This document shows positions 12,867-24,305 of a stretch of DNA of 38,826 nt, in pieces (the stretch's first letter is position 1; every line of letters starts with the position of its first letter). The notes under the pieces are model-generated. The model was not told the origin of the DNA. It saw only the letters and a list, made by a program, of their open reading frames with translations, and did no database searches. Source of the stretch: Moniliella sp. 'wahieum' (taxonomy: Eukaryota). The translations under genes were made by a program, and so were the position numbers. Location: assembly GCA_003971905.1 (NCBI GenBank), contig RSEE01000044.1:496001-534826 (forward strand). The letters run 5' to 3'.

Positions 12867-13490
12867 TAGTGCAAAGACTTTAATACCCGGCGATTCACGA
12901 GTTCAATTCCCCACCCACCCCCTCTGAGATCTGAGCTGAGAGGTCAGACTGACCCCCGTCCCAGATCACATGTCACACCCCGCCGAACCTCAGCATTCCT
13001 ACCATGGCCATATACATGGCACGAACTCTTTTGGGACACAGCAGTCTAGCATGTCCACCACCCCTACCGCGTCGCAACACACATCGTAATGCCCAAACAT
13101 ATTTTCTAAGCTAAGCCTGTCCCGTTTTCGCTTGAGCATCACTATCAATTGCCCCGCGCTTTTCCCGCAGAGACATGCTTGATTCGTCGATGGCAATAAG
13201 GCGAGTGTACACATTAGAATGTAGCCCCACATCTGCACTTTGCTCGAGTCCATTGTCTCCCTAGACCATCTCATCATATGGCTCTATCGACCGCCATGAC
13301 CCACCTCCGACGGGTTTGCAGGCTTTTGTGAGGAGAATCCATCATTTCGTTCCATCAACAGTATGTCAGGCCCGCCTGAATGGTAGGTACCCCCCCCCCC
13401 CCACCCTGCGCCCAGTTCCATTCGAATACCAGGCGTAGATGGAGAGGTCGAGGTGGAAGGAAAGCGGGATGCAGAGAAGCTTCACTGCGC

Positions 13491-16192
13491 TCACTTCTTC
13501 TTGTTGCGCTTCTTGCGATTCTTGTTCTTGCTTCCAGGTGTCTTGGGAGCGACAGTTTCCACCGCCCCGCCCGATGCACTCTCAGTCTCCGGGGGAGGCG
13601 AACCGGTCTCCCACTCTTCCTCCTCCAATGTACCTGCGGAGGAGGCCGGACTGGCTGGCTCTGACACAGAGTTTGGGATTGATGGCGACGCTGCCTCTGA
13701 CTGAGAGGAAGCGGAAGAATCACCGGATGAAGCAAGAGGTTCTCAGCCTGAATGGAAGGAATCGGTTCCTCATGATTGCCCTGCAATGGGGTCTCTTCCA
13801 CAGCAGGAGCCGATTCCACAGCAGGGGCAGATTCCACCTTCGAAACCGTCGCCCCAATGGATTCGGGCTTGACTTCCTCGGTGCTCCGGACGGGGGAAGC
13901 GGGTTGGGTCGTTTGGTCCCAGGATGGAGCTCCGGCTCTGTATTGCTCGACACATCAGTCGGCTCGGGGGTGGGGGACGGCGGTGCATCGTAACTTGCGG
14001 CAGCAACAGGAAGCGGAGAGGACGCTTGATCTTCACTCGGCTCGGGAGGCTTAGTGATGGAGTCTGCTGCGGCCGCCACAGGCGCAGGCGGGGATCTTTC
14101 TCCTGCCCAACTTCCACCCCGGTCTCCACCCCAGGCTCCACCCCAGGCTCCACCCCAGTCTCTTCTCCAGCCTTCTTCCCAGTCTCATTCCCAGGCTTCT
14201 CACCTGAAACAACCTCGAATTCAGGTACTGCATCTCCTTTGCTCTCCTCCGTCTTGGAGAGAACAGGAGAGGCAGGGGTTGGGGCAGGGATAGTAGTAGG
14301 TGTTCCGATGGCGCAACCGCTTCCTCCAGTTCCGAGCTTAGGGAAGGAGGGGCCGCAGTGACGGGCGATAAAACAGGTTCGGGTTCGGGGCTGGCGAGTG
14401 GCACGCTCGGCTCGGTGCGATGATGAGCAGAGGAGTTAGCATCTGACGTGGCAAGTAACGACTCGGAACCGACAGTCTCAGATGTGGAGGGGTTCTCCAC
14501 CTCAGATGAAACCCCTTCGGTTTTTCTCCTCGACCGCATCAGACGCTGTGACTGAAGAAGTAGGCGCCGAACTCTCCACTGGGGTTGCTGCCGAAGGCGC
14601 AACAGTGGCGTCACTCGTAGCATGAGCCTTAGGTTCCAACGGTTCAGACTCGGTCGGGACCACAGAGGCCAATGGGGATGGAGATGGCTCAAACGTCTCG
14701 GAGGCCAGAGCTGTGGTTGGCTTGGCTGGGGAAAGGGTCAATGCAGCGGGAGTGCGCTCGACTGAAGGGGAAGCGGTCGCAAGTCCATGCTTGATCGGGG
14801 CAGCAGCCTCTTCCGTTTCCTTGGCCAGCATAGTGGCCACCGCGGCCTCGGCCCCACCCTCGGCCTGGGCAGCGCGCAGCATCTCAGCATCATGTTCAGT
14901 TTTGCGCGCATGCATGTCTTGCATATGTTGCTCGTCCAGGCCCACCAACTCTTCTTCCACGTCATCCTCGGGCTGAATAGCCCAGGCATCTGCACCTTGT
15001 CTCGACGAGGTGGGCGGCACGTTCGCCTGTCCCACCCTGAGGGGCGAAGAGGAGGCCACAGCATCCATGCTACCCAACTGCGGCTCCGCTGCGGTCTGAG
15101 GCACTGGAGGGGGAGCGGGAACAGGAGAGGGAGAGGCAGTGGAAGCTGGAGGAGAAGCGCCACTTGGCTCATTAACCGTTGTTGCGTTTTCTTGCTCTTT
15201 GAGCGCACGCGCTTTGTTACGAGGAAGACCCAAAGACAACTTTTCTGATCCTGGTAGGCCACCATCAGTGATACCAAGAGGCGAGAGAGGTGTGACATCC
15301 AAGGGGGGCAGCAGCTGGGGAGGTGGCAGAGTTGGCTGACGGGGCGGCTGCTTCAGCGTCAGCTGCTGCTTCCGCTTGTGCTTCTGCTGCTTCTGCTGGA
15401 GCATTTGCTGAAGTTACAGTTGTAGACGAGGGGTAAATGGGAGGTTCCTCCGCAATGCCCAACAGGGATCGCAGCACACGGTTCTCCTCAAGTAAGTGCT
15501 GCTCATGGACTTGGCTCTCAAGAGCTGCGTCGGCAGCATCAGCGCAGGGTCGTGCCACTTGCCGAAATAACCACCGGAACCATAGAATGAGGGCATGCGA
15601 AGCGGGCTGGAGTTGTGACCAGAGGCAGACGTTGAAGGATCGAGTGGGGCGTCGGACAAGGCATCGGGATCTTCGCCCTCAGCAGCGCGGAGTGCACGAC
15701 GAACAAGAGAGCCGAGGTGTTCGAGCGTGGCAGTACTTGCAGAGCTGGCCGTCAAGACCGCCTGGGCCTGGCTGTAGCTTTGGCTGCTGAGTTGGCGCTC
15801 GTAGTGGGAGGTGAGGTTGAGCACGTGGGACTGGGTTGCGTGGCAAAAGGCGCGGAACTTGGCCATGACCTGTTCCAGGGTATGGTGATAGTCGCGAGCA
15901 AGGAGCGTGAGCTGGCGGTTCTCGTACGACAGGGCATTGTTGTCGCGCACGAGGCTGACATGGAGGCGCTCCAGCTCGCTGCTATACACTCGTTGGTGAC
16001 ATCGACGTTGAAGCGGCGCAGGGCAAAGCCAGTGCGGGCATGGTGGAGCTGGCCCTTGAGGTCGTCGGCCTGGCGCTGGAGGACGGCCGCGGCGTCGCGA
16101 TTGGACTTGAGCTGGGCACTGAGCTCGCCAAGCAGGGCCCAGAGCTGGGAGACTTCGTCGCCAGCGTCGCCGTCGACGGGCACCATGGACAT
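13491..16192 (-). CDS. SIKE/FGFR1OP2-like coiled-coil protein (probable STRIPAK small subunit) with long Ala/Pro/Ser/Glu-rich C-terminal extension
   Basis: The N-terminus reads EVSQLWALLGELSAQLKSNR...GFALRRFNVDVTNE-VYSSELERLHVSLVRDNNALSYENRQLTLLARDYHHTLEQVMAKFR...HYERQL...LLEENRVLRSLLGI, resembling fungal SIKE-family proteins. Low-complexity frames continue to ...GSKNKNRKKRNKKK-TGA (13491). Continuity across frameshifts is inferred. Confidence 0.7.
13796..13838. repeat. 18-bp coding tandem repeat (~2.3 copies)
   Basis: ttccacagcaggagccga ttccacagcaggggcaga ttccac; encodes VESAPA repeats on the minus strand. Confidence 0.7.
14112..14200. repeat. Degenerate 12-bp coding tandem repeat (~7 copies)
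   Basis: ccaccccggtct ccaccccaggct ccaccccaggct ccaccccagtct cttctccagcct tcttcccagtct cattcccaggct; encodes E(P/T)G(V/E)-type repeats on the minus strand. Confidence 0.75.
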
Positions 16193-18959
16193 GGCGAGGA
16201 AGGGGGCGGCGGTGGAGCGGAGGGACGGCTCCAAGCTCTCGGCCAGCTAGCCAGCTCCCGCTGCTCCAGCACCTCACGCCTCCCAGGGGCGGATCGCTGC
16301 AATTATGTCAGCACCCTGCCGGAACGGCGGCGCTGGATGCAGCTGCAGCTGGCGCTGCGCCGCACCGTCACGCGCCACGGCCCCTCGTCACCGGTTGCTT
16401 GCCCCGCCTGTTGCGGGCGCGGGGCGAGGCAAGTGCTGCAGCCGGCCTATCACAGGGACGCGTGCCGGCGTCCGAATACCCAGCGCCCGACAAGTCTCCA
16501 TCTCGCCTCTCTGTATTCCTCCCTCCACGCCGGGCAGGATGCCCAACCCCCGGCTACCACAACTCGGCTCTCTGCCCACCCCGTCTGCACCCGTCACGGC
16601 GTCCCCCCTTCCTCGACCAACGAGACCACATATATATAGCTTTCCATGCCCCTCCCTGGCGTGATTCCGATCCTATCACGCGAGATGTGGCATATGGGGA
16701 CGACAATTTTCATACAAGCTTAGGGCCTATAGTACAAAACGGCCTCAGTACAAGTACCTAGCCAGGGGGAGGCAGCTCAGGCATCAACCCCCTCCGACGA
16801 AGAGGAGAAGAGCAGGAGTATGAGTCTAGGAGGTTCGCCCCAAGATGTACCGGCACAGAACGGAAGGTCGCGACTCATGGTATGTTCTTGCAAGGGCTTT
16901 TGTTGTTGGTGGGGTTCGAGCGGGGCTCGGGACAACTGGAGAGGCCTCTCGGCATATAGCATAACCGACTGCTTGTGTGGTAAGGTTGCGCACAGGCACC
17001 ATCCTAGGCAGTAGTACGTGCCTGAAGCCATTTGTACTCGGGGCGGGAATAAAGGCACAGTGGGGGACAAACACTGACCAAACTTGGCTTGAAAGGGGAG
17101 GGAAAACAGGGATTGAAGATGAGATTATAAAAGCTTCGACTCAAAGTACCATAGATTGATTTCTGCAAAGCCAAAACACTGAGTGGCGGACAATCAGGCA
17201 CTGAAAGGTGTGGGAATCAGAAAGGCGAGGAGGCGGAGAGCAAATATGAGTCAAGTAAGAGGAGGAGTTGCCTGTACCGTGTATGGATCAGATTTACGGA
17301 AGTGGGGACGCCAATTGTAACAGTTGGGGCTAAGAGTGAGGGAGACATAAGACCCTGTGAGTGACGGGGGAGAATGTCAAGGCTGTTGGTGGGAGGGAAC
17401 AAAGGGCATCGGGCAGTAGCGAAGAGAAGCAACAAGGAGGGAAAAGGGCGAGATACACAGGATGCGGCGTTGGAAATTAGAGCGATGAGCTTCGGCGACA
17501 CCAATGTGGGTTGGCGAAGCCGTGTGCATCCGACTGAGAACCCCACCTCACATCCTACTACCGTGACCGCTCCTTCTCAAAAGGCCCCCCGACTTTTGAT
17601 CCATGTGTTTGGCTGCTACCGCCTGTCCAACAAGCAGTGCCGCCGCGAATACCACGCCAACAAGAGAGCGGGGCCAGTTGCAAACATTGCCAAGAAGGGC
17701 AACACCAAGAACACACGCCAGCGGGTTGGGTTCGACGTCCTACATTGATCATCTTCTCTTCGCCAAGCTTGGACCGCGAACGAGTTCGAAGCGGGGGGAT
17801 CTGGTTTCACTTGCTTGAGATTGTTGTTGTCTTTGTTTCGTCCTTGTTTGGTCTGATTCGATGAATTGATGTCGGTTTCCACGTTGAAATCTGCCATAGG
17901 ACGCCATAGTAGGACGCCATAGCAGTAGAAAAAAGGTACAGGGAGCCACCGCAGACAATATGGTCCCAGTCGACTTTCATTTTGATCTATGGGTCCGGGC
18001 AGTCGGCAGGCAGCTGCTCCCATTTCACTTAGCGTAGCCGTGGGCCTCAGCGGGGCGCACTGCAGGGGATGTGGATGGGATGTCGAAATGTGTGGATGGA
18101 ACGGTCACAAGCGGCTGTGTTGCCCGGTAGGATGCAAGCTGGATTGCGATCCTCTGTGGGCGGTCGGGCACGCGCACCTCTCGGATTGGAATGATATCTG
18201 CTCCCTTTTCCACCCCAAGCTAAGCGTCTTGCCCATCCATCTCGCCTAGGGTAGTGTTACTGTCCCCCCGGGGGTTCAGGTGACACGCTGGGGCCTGTTG
18301 CAGGATAGACTGTCGAAGGTTATGGACGAGGAAGCCAGGTGCCGCATCATTGGTTACTATGATATGTGCCAGAAGGTCATACGCTCGCAACGCTTACCCA
18401 ACGTATGGCTCATGTTATCGATTATTGCTCGCCAACGTCCTTGCCTCACTCTGGCAGGCTTCAAGTTCGGCCTCAGGTTTCCTCCGTGTATTTATGGGTG
18501 CGTGGACATGTGAACCATCTCCCGTTGAGACTCCAGTCAGGTAAACGCTAACGGCAATCCTTGCCAGTGGCCAAAACATATCTTGTTCGCCGTCTTGGGG
18601 GTATAGTATCCTGCGTCGTTCGTCATAAATCAAGGGGAAGAATGGTTCTTTGGGCGTCGTACTACTCGGCGTCCTTGTCGCATTCTGCCTTTGTTTCACC
18701 ACAGTCGAAGCAGCTCCTATAAAACTGACACCATCGATGATTCAATGATCATCGATCATCAACATTCAACATCAACTACATCTCGATCTGAGACTGTTCG
18801 CATGTGCATCTGTCCCGTGGTCCAACGTCTTAGCAGTCTCCCAATGCATAGTACCCTCTCGCTCTTCATATGATTAACTGATCTTTCATGATGCATTTCC
18901 GGTGGGCGACGGTAACCGGTAAGGCCTAAGGCCTAACGGCCTAACGCCCAAGGCCTCGT

Positions 18960-19148
18960 ATGTCGCTGGCAACCGGAACTGGCTACTTACAGAGTTCCGC
19001 GACTCGCGCACTCCGGATTAGTTACCGTCGCGCCTCGTTACCTCCTTTCTATTCTCCCTATTGCATTCAAGGCGGAGTATATAGCGGCAGGCGCCAGCGC
19101 GTCAGGAGCTTACAAGAAGCCATCCCTGACTGTTTTCCCCCTGCACAG
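18960..19148 (+). repeat. Diverged dispersed repeat, copy 1 (partner at 28817-28985)
   Basis: atgtcgctggcaaccggaactggcta...ctcgcgcactccggattagttaccgtcgcgcc...gcgtcaggagcttacaa...ctgactgtt...ccctgcacag aligns by eye to 28817-28985. Confidence 0.85.
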
Positions 19149-19800
19149 GCTGAGTGTTAATGAGGACAAGATCTATAGAGAGATGGAGAAAGAGGGGAGA
19201 AGGTGATGGATCTATTGCAAAAGAGAGGAGCCCACTGGGGCACAGAATATAGGGGAGAGTCGGATAGAACAGCGCGATGCGTGGGGGTGATTAGCTGCGT
19301 GCATGATGGCGCTGACAGTGAGCTTCCTGTGTTCTCTCTCTTTCTGTTCTCTGCCTGCTTCTGGCGCTTTTTGTCCTTGTCAACAGTACTGTTTTTGCCA
19401 TGTTTCAAACGACAACAATAACTTGGTTACTTACGTACTAGTCTGCAGTCAGTGCATTCTATGCTGCAAGAAAGGTCTAACCGGTAGTACGTTTGACGAA
19501 TCTGATGGAAACAAGTTGCATGGGAGTTGTACCTGGCTCACGCGCTCACAGCCGATCTTGGGCCTTACTCGGGGTCGCTGCTTCTCTTCGCCTAACGAAG
19601 TATGGAATACGTCCATCTCAAATGCTGTGTGGAAGCCAGGCCGGGATCGGCCAGTACGATCAGTCACCGGTCACCAGTTCACCCATGGGCCACTGGGGAG
19701 GCGTGATGGTCACCAGTGACGGTCACTGATCACCGATCACTTGGTACTTAGATCGTAGAGCTTGGTCCGTTTAGTACTTTAGTACGTTTAGTACGTCGAA

Positions 19801-19843
19801 CTTCAAGCTTCAAGCTTCAAGCTCCAAGCTCCAAGCTCCAAGC
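19801..19843. repeat. 7-bp tandem repeat (CTTCAAG)3(CTCCAAG)3
   Basis: Read directly from the sequence. Confidence 0.9.
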
Positions 19844-20912
19844 GAGCTCCTATTAGGGATGCATGTGATGTGTGAGTGTGACTACTGGCTTAGTCACGTG
19901 CATGTGACTTGTCAGCGCGTCTGCCGCCCAGATCTGCTGATCGCTGAGCTCAGCGCTCAGCGAGCGTTGAAGTTCAACGTTCAGCTAATAGTCTCGTATG
20001 GCATCGCTAATAACCTGCACACCGAGTAGCGACCGGCGACCAGCGGACACTACGTAATGTTCAGTTTGAATACTCACGTACTCGGACCTCGGCGTCCTCG
20101 GCACGTTTCGTTCTCGCCGTGCTCGGCGATCATCGATCAGGCGCTCAGGCTGAGTAACGGCTGCTCAGGCGCTCGGCCCTCAGGGCCTGCTTGAAGCATG
20201 CGGAACCCGTCGTACAACGAACTTCGGGCTTTCGCATACCGTGACTTCCGTGTAACGTACACCGTTTCCCGGCTACCGTTTTACCCCACTTACCGGCTTC
20301 CGTTTTGTACTTAGTCACTACTAGTCACGGGAGTAACAAACCTTCGGCCTTAGGCCGTACTGGCAGTTACCCAGTTACCGGTTACCGAAAACATGGATGC
20401 AGGACGCGGACGCAAGTACTTATGTATCTCAATGTAAACACATGGAAACATGTAAACGTTAAACGTACACACATATGGTGTACGTGGCTCTGTAAAAACC
20501 GAGCGGGTATAAGTGCAAGTGATAGAAAGCGGGGGAGTCGCGGCCCTGACGCTGGCGGCAGCCAGACGAACGCGACACATCACCATCAACAGCCGCCATG
20601 TTGTAGTCCCCACTTCACCCGGCCCCTTCATCGGTTACTAAGGACTTAGGCCTCACTTTCGTCCCCACACCTCGTCTTCGCACCCCACCATATCCTCCGC
20701 GTCCGTCACCGCGTCACCTCTTATCCAGTCTTCTTCAACGTTGGTGACCCATGGATATGAAACCTACCGCACAAACAGCGCAACCACTCCTCCCAGTGCC
20801 GTCGTAGGTGGAGGTCTAAGACGCCCAAGTTTTCGGCAGTTGTCGCCTCGAGAAGGAGTGGGCAGGGTCGTTTCCCCCTACCTCGACGCCAGTCGGCGCC
20901 AGAGGAGAGAAC

Positions 20913-22328
20913 ATGAACGACCCCACACTGCCAACCGTCCCAATCTCCCCTGTGGCTGAAGCAAGTCAACCACGGTCCAGCGGGGGACGCCTCCGCCGCC
21001 GGATGTCGTCTCTTTTCCTGCGCAAAAGGACCACTTCATTTACTGCTCCAGCTCCCTCTCCTTCGGATACTTCCCCAGCATCAACATCGCTCACCAACGC
21101 ATATTACCGCGCTCCACGATCGACCAAATCCAATCCTGCACTCTTTGCCGAATTCAACAAAGGCGCATCCACTTCTTTTCTGGAAGTCGAGCCCTTATGG
21201 GACGATGCAGGGCTACCTCCCACTTCTCTTACACCCGCATCTGCTACATCCATTACATCCAAAGGAACAAAAAGTAAGCAAGGACCGGTCAAAGCGACGG
21301 GCCTTCCTGTTCCGGCCAGCACCTCCGATGCCACCTCCAAAGCACCACCACATGCCAAACGCCTACCCGTCCTGCATAAGACCTCGTCAATGCCTCTTTT
21401 ACAGCGCAGAAAGCCTCGTATGCTTAACAGGATTGTTACTTCTGTCCCACCGCAGGAGATCACCACGCCTCCTATTCATTTTCCACCGCCTTTTCCAACC
21501 CCCACTTCATCTCCTAATGCGCCAGTGTACATGTCAGGGACTGGGTCTGATCTCAAAGATCCACTTCTCTCGCCTTACTCACTCGGCCCGTCAAGCATGG
21601 GTTCAGGCAATCCCTTTATTTCAACAGGGCCGACCCATATGCCACGCTCGACCCCCGTCGAGCCATCTCAGCAGGGCGGCGGGAAAGGAAAGCCTCTTAA
21701 TCGACGCCAGTCTCTCCACAATTTGTTCTCAGCAGGACGATCTTTGTTAAACCCAGTACCTACCATCCCTGTACAACATGCCCTACCCCCACCTGCACCA
21801 GTATCCAAGCGTCCTAAACCGAAGCCAATCCTTCTCCAACCATTTACAAGGCTCAACGCGGACCAGAGCGGCCGTACTGCCCTTGCATCTATGCCCTCAC
21901 CCAACATTCGTCACTTTCCTCGAACTCCCCCATCATTGTACCCTCCCGCGATGCCTCCGCCAACAGGTCCGCTCCCACCTCTTCCCACCCCCACATTGGC
22001 CGCTAAACCACTGTCGTTGGCAGGGAGGGTCGTCCCCAGTTACCAACCTTGGGCGGAAGACCTTCGCTGCCGGCAGCAATGCAAGTCGGACGGAGAGGGG
22101 CGCTCTAATAGCGCTGTCCGATGGGGCTTGATACGCTTGACTAGGACTAGCATTCAGATCTCAGATGCGTTGCATCATTTTCTACACAACGATGCTTACA
22201 TCCTAATCCAGACCTCATCTCTGACTGCTATACAGAGACTGAAGCTGCAGAACGTTCTTATAGTTGAAGACAATTATAGTTGGAGCCGAGCTCCCCAAAC
22301 GGACTGGATCCAACCCATCAGCCGTTAG
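20913..22328 (+). CDS. Hypothetical Pro/Ser-rich, probably disordered protein
   Basis: 471-codon ORF with typical fungal low-complexity motifs (LRRRMSSLFLRK, LHKTSSMPLL, NRRQSLHNLF, PPTGPLPPLPTP). The true start may lie further upstream (~20750). The true stop may be near 22108 (...GRPSLPAAMQVGRRGAL*) after a frameshift. Confidence 0.6.
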   Translation: MNDPTLPTVPISPVAEASQPRSSGGRLRRRMSSLFLRKRTTSFTAPAPSPSDTSPASTSLTNAYYRAPRSTKSNPALFAEFNKGASTSFLEVEPLWDDAGLPPTSLTPASATSITSKGTKSKQGPVKATGLPVPASTSDATSKAPPHAKRLPVLHKTSSMPLLQRRKPRMLNRIVTSVPPQEITTPPIHFPPPFPTPTSSPNAPVYMSGTGSDLKDPLLSPYSLGPSSMGSGNPFISTGPTHMPRSTPVEPSQQGGGKGKPLNRRQSLHNLFSAGRSLLNPVPTIPVQHALPPPAPVSKRPKPKPILLQPFTRLNADQSGRTALASMPSPNIRHFPRTPPSLYPPAMPPPTGPLPPLPTPTLAAKPLSLAGRVVPSYQPWAEDLRCRQQCKSDGEGRSNSAVRWGLIRLTRTSIQISDALHHFLHNDAYILIQTSSLTAIQRLKLQNVLIVEDNYSWSRAPQTDWIQPISR

Positions 22329-24158
22329 TTGGTATAAAGGTTTGCGGCAAAGAGGTATCGGTTTGGTCACACAGTATTTGGCATGTGTGAGCAGTGAACG
22401 CAGTTGGCTGTGCCTTGTAGTTCGCCATCCTGGTTAGGGTGTACGCGGACGGCAGGCTATGCGAGAAGAGGTAGACGTTAAGGTAATCCGGAAAGATGTG
22501 GGCAACTGCGGCGCCCACATACGTGCCGTTGCGCCCACATATAGTATCGAACAGGCAGAATTGACCCACGGTATCGGTGTAATGGCGATCGATGGTGGTG
22601 GTTGATCTCAACCGTTGACCCTTAACTTTGAGGTCTACGCCTCGTCGCATAGCCGGAAGAGCCAAGGGTTGGAACAGAGGGATGGATGCACACGTACGAG
22701 ACTTTGGGGGGTCAAAGAGGTGGGAACAGGGTCAAAGGAGTAGGAGCCTTGAATTGGGTACACGCGGCCGAAGGTCCCAAACTGCCCTGGTCAAGCTGTT
22801 TGGAGGAGTCTCTGATTTTAGCCAGAGCAATTTCAGGTGTGTGGATCACGAGGTGTATACCCTCTCTGGGCGATTTCGAGCCCCGCGACTGCATGCACGG
22901 ACGAGAGGGAGTGGAGCGAGTGGGCGGGCGGGTGCAGACCAACATCACTGATTTTCCGATCCCAACAGTTCGTTAGAACTGGGAACTGCAGAGGGGTGGA
23001 CAAAGCTGAGGGGTCTAAGGGAGCCCCAGGTCAAGTAGATCTATGTGAAAGATCTGGGAGGGTGTAAGCGCATGGCGCTTGTGGGGCTGACAACCTGAAG
23101 CAGGGAAAATGGGATGAGCTCAATATTCGATGACCTCACCACGAACCCCCACAGCACAACAGTGTGGGCTGCCGCTCACAGTTCCTCTCGATACATTATG
23201 CTGGCACTCACACATACATGACGCTTGAAGATGAACTGATGCTAGAGTATATGCCTCTGGAGCAGATTTGGGTGCGGGTCTCATGCTGAGCTCAAGTTGA
23301 GCTCTGAGATCTGAGATCTGAGGATGGAGAGCTCTGCGAAGTGGGAGATCGATGAGCGCGGAGGGAGGAGCTGGGAGGCATTCAATATTCATTGGGAGAG
23401 ACAGGTGACCATAGTAAGTGACTGTAGACATCCGCAGAGACAAGGCGGTGTGATCCATGTGAAGGCTGCTGCGAACTGGTGGGGGCTGATGCGCCGATGG
23501 GTGGGGATCAGCGACTGGTACGGCGGCCACAGGGAGGATGGGGGCAACATGTCAGCCTGGGTCCCGGTCAATCCTCAGAGTCAACATTCAGCTGAATCCC
23601 AAGACGGTAAGCAATCCCCCCCGTCGTGCAGGGGAGCGCGACGAGGCGGCGCATGTCACAGGGTGAAGATAGACTCAAGCCGATGCCAAACACTGTGCCT
23701 TGCGTGGATCTGGTACAGGGCGAGCGTCGACGGGCGATCTGGAGGACGGGTGCTGGGCGCGAGCCCAGAAGGCAGACGAGGTGATTGGTTTCTGCCGTCG
23801 GTGGTTGCCGGTGCAAAAAAAGCTGAACGATGGAAGTTGGCCGGATCGATCGATGAGCTTTGACCGGTGACTGCGGCCGTTGAGGGCACGGACCAGAGCG
23901 ACTGGCGCGGTGCGGAGGGCGGCGCGGGCAGCGTGGGACAGGTGTGCTGCCCAAGCGTCTACTTTAACTCGCTGGTTGCGAACACGCCGCCGCTGGCACG
24001 GGGCAGTGCGGCATGGGCTGGCTGGACCCAGCAGGGTGGCCCAAGCGCAGACTGCGTTTCGAGCCAGGAAGCCTGACTCATGGCTCGTTGACGCAACCGC
24101 TGGGCCAAATCTTCCAACACTGGCCGCGTGCTGCCTGGCTGGGGCGAGGCGACGCTTT

Positions 24159-24164
24159 TATAAA
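24159..24164 (+). promoter_or_regulatory. TATA box of GPD1
   Basis: TATAAA about 145 bp upstream of the ATG, followed by a pyrimidine-rich 5' leader. Confidence 0.5.
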
Positions 24165-24305
24165 TCCGCCTCGGCCTCACGGCTGAGCCTCAGCTGCCGC
24201 CTTCTTGCACCCTACCCTCCCGCTTCCCTACGCAATCCGGCCTCTCTACTTGCTCTACTCCCTCCTCGTCCCCCCGCCCTTCCACAAGTGCCGCCCGCCC
24301 TCGCC

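Noticed and set aside
12860..12925. GAGTTCAATTCCCC B-box/tRNA-like word upstream of the transposase
   Set aside because: No cloverleaf pairing or A-box found.
9080..13400. Terminal inverted repeats or target-site duplication around the transposase
   Set aside because: Inspection of 9080-9266 and 12870-13400 found no CACTA/CACTG ends or matching inverted termini. Short or decayed TIRs could have been missed by eye.
19801..19843. Repeats as a possible CRISPR array or telomeric seed
   Set aside because: The 7-bp units have no spacers, the context is eukaryotic, there are no cas genes, and the unit is not TTAGGG-like.
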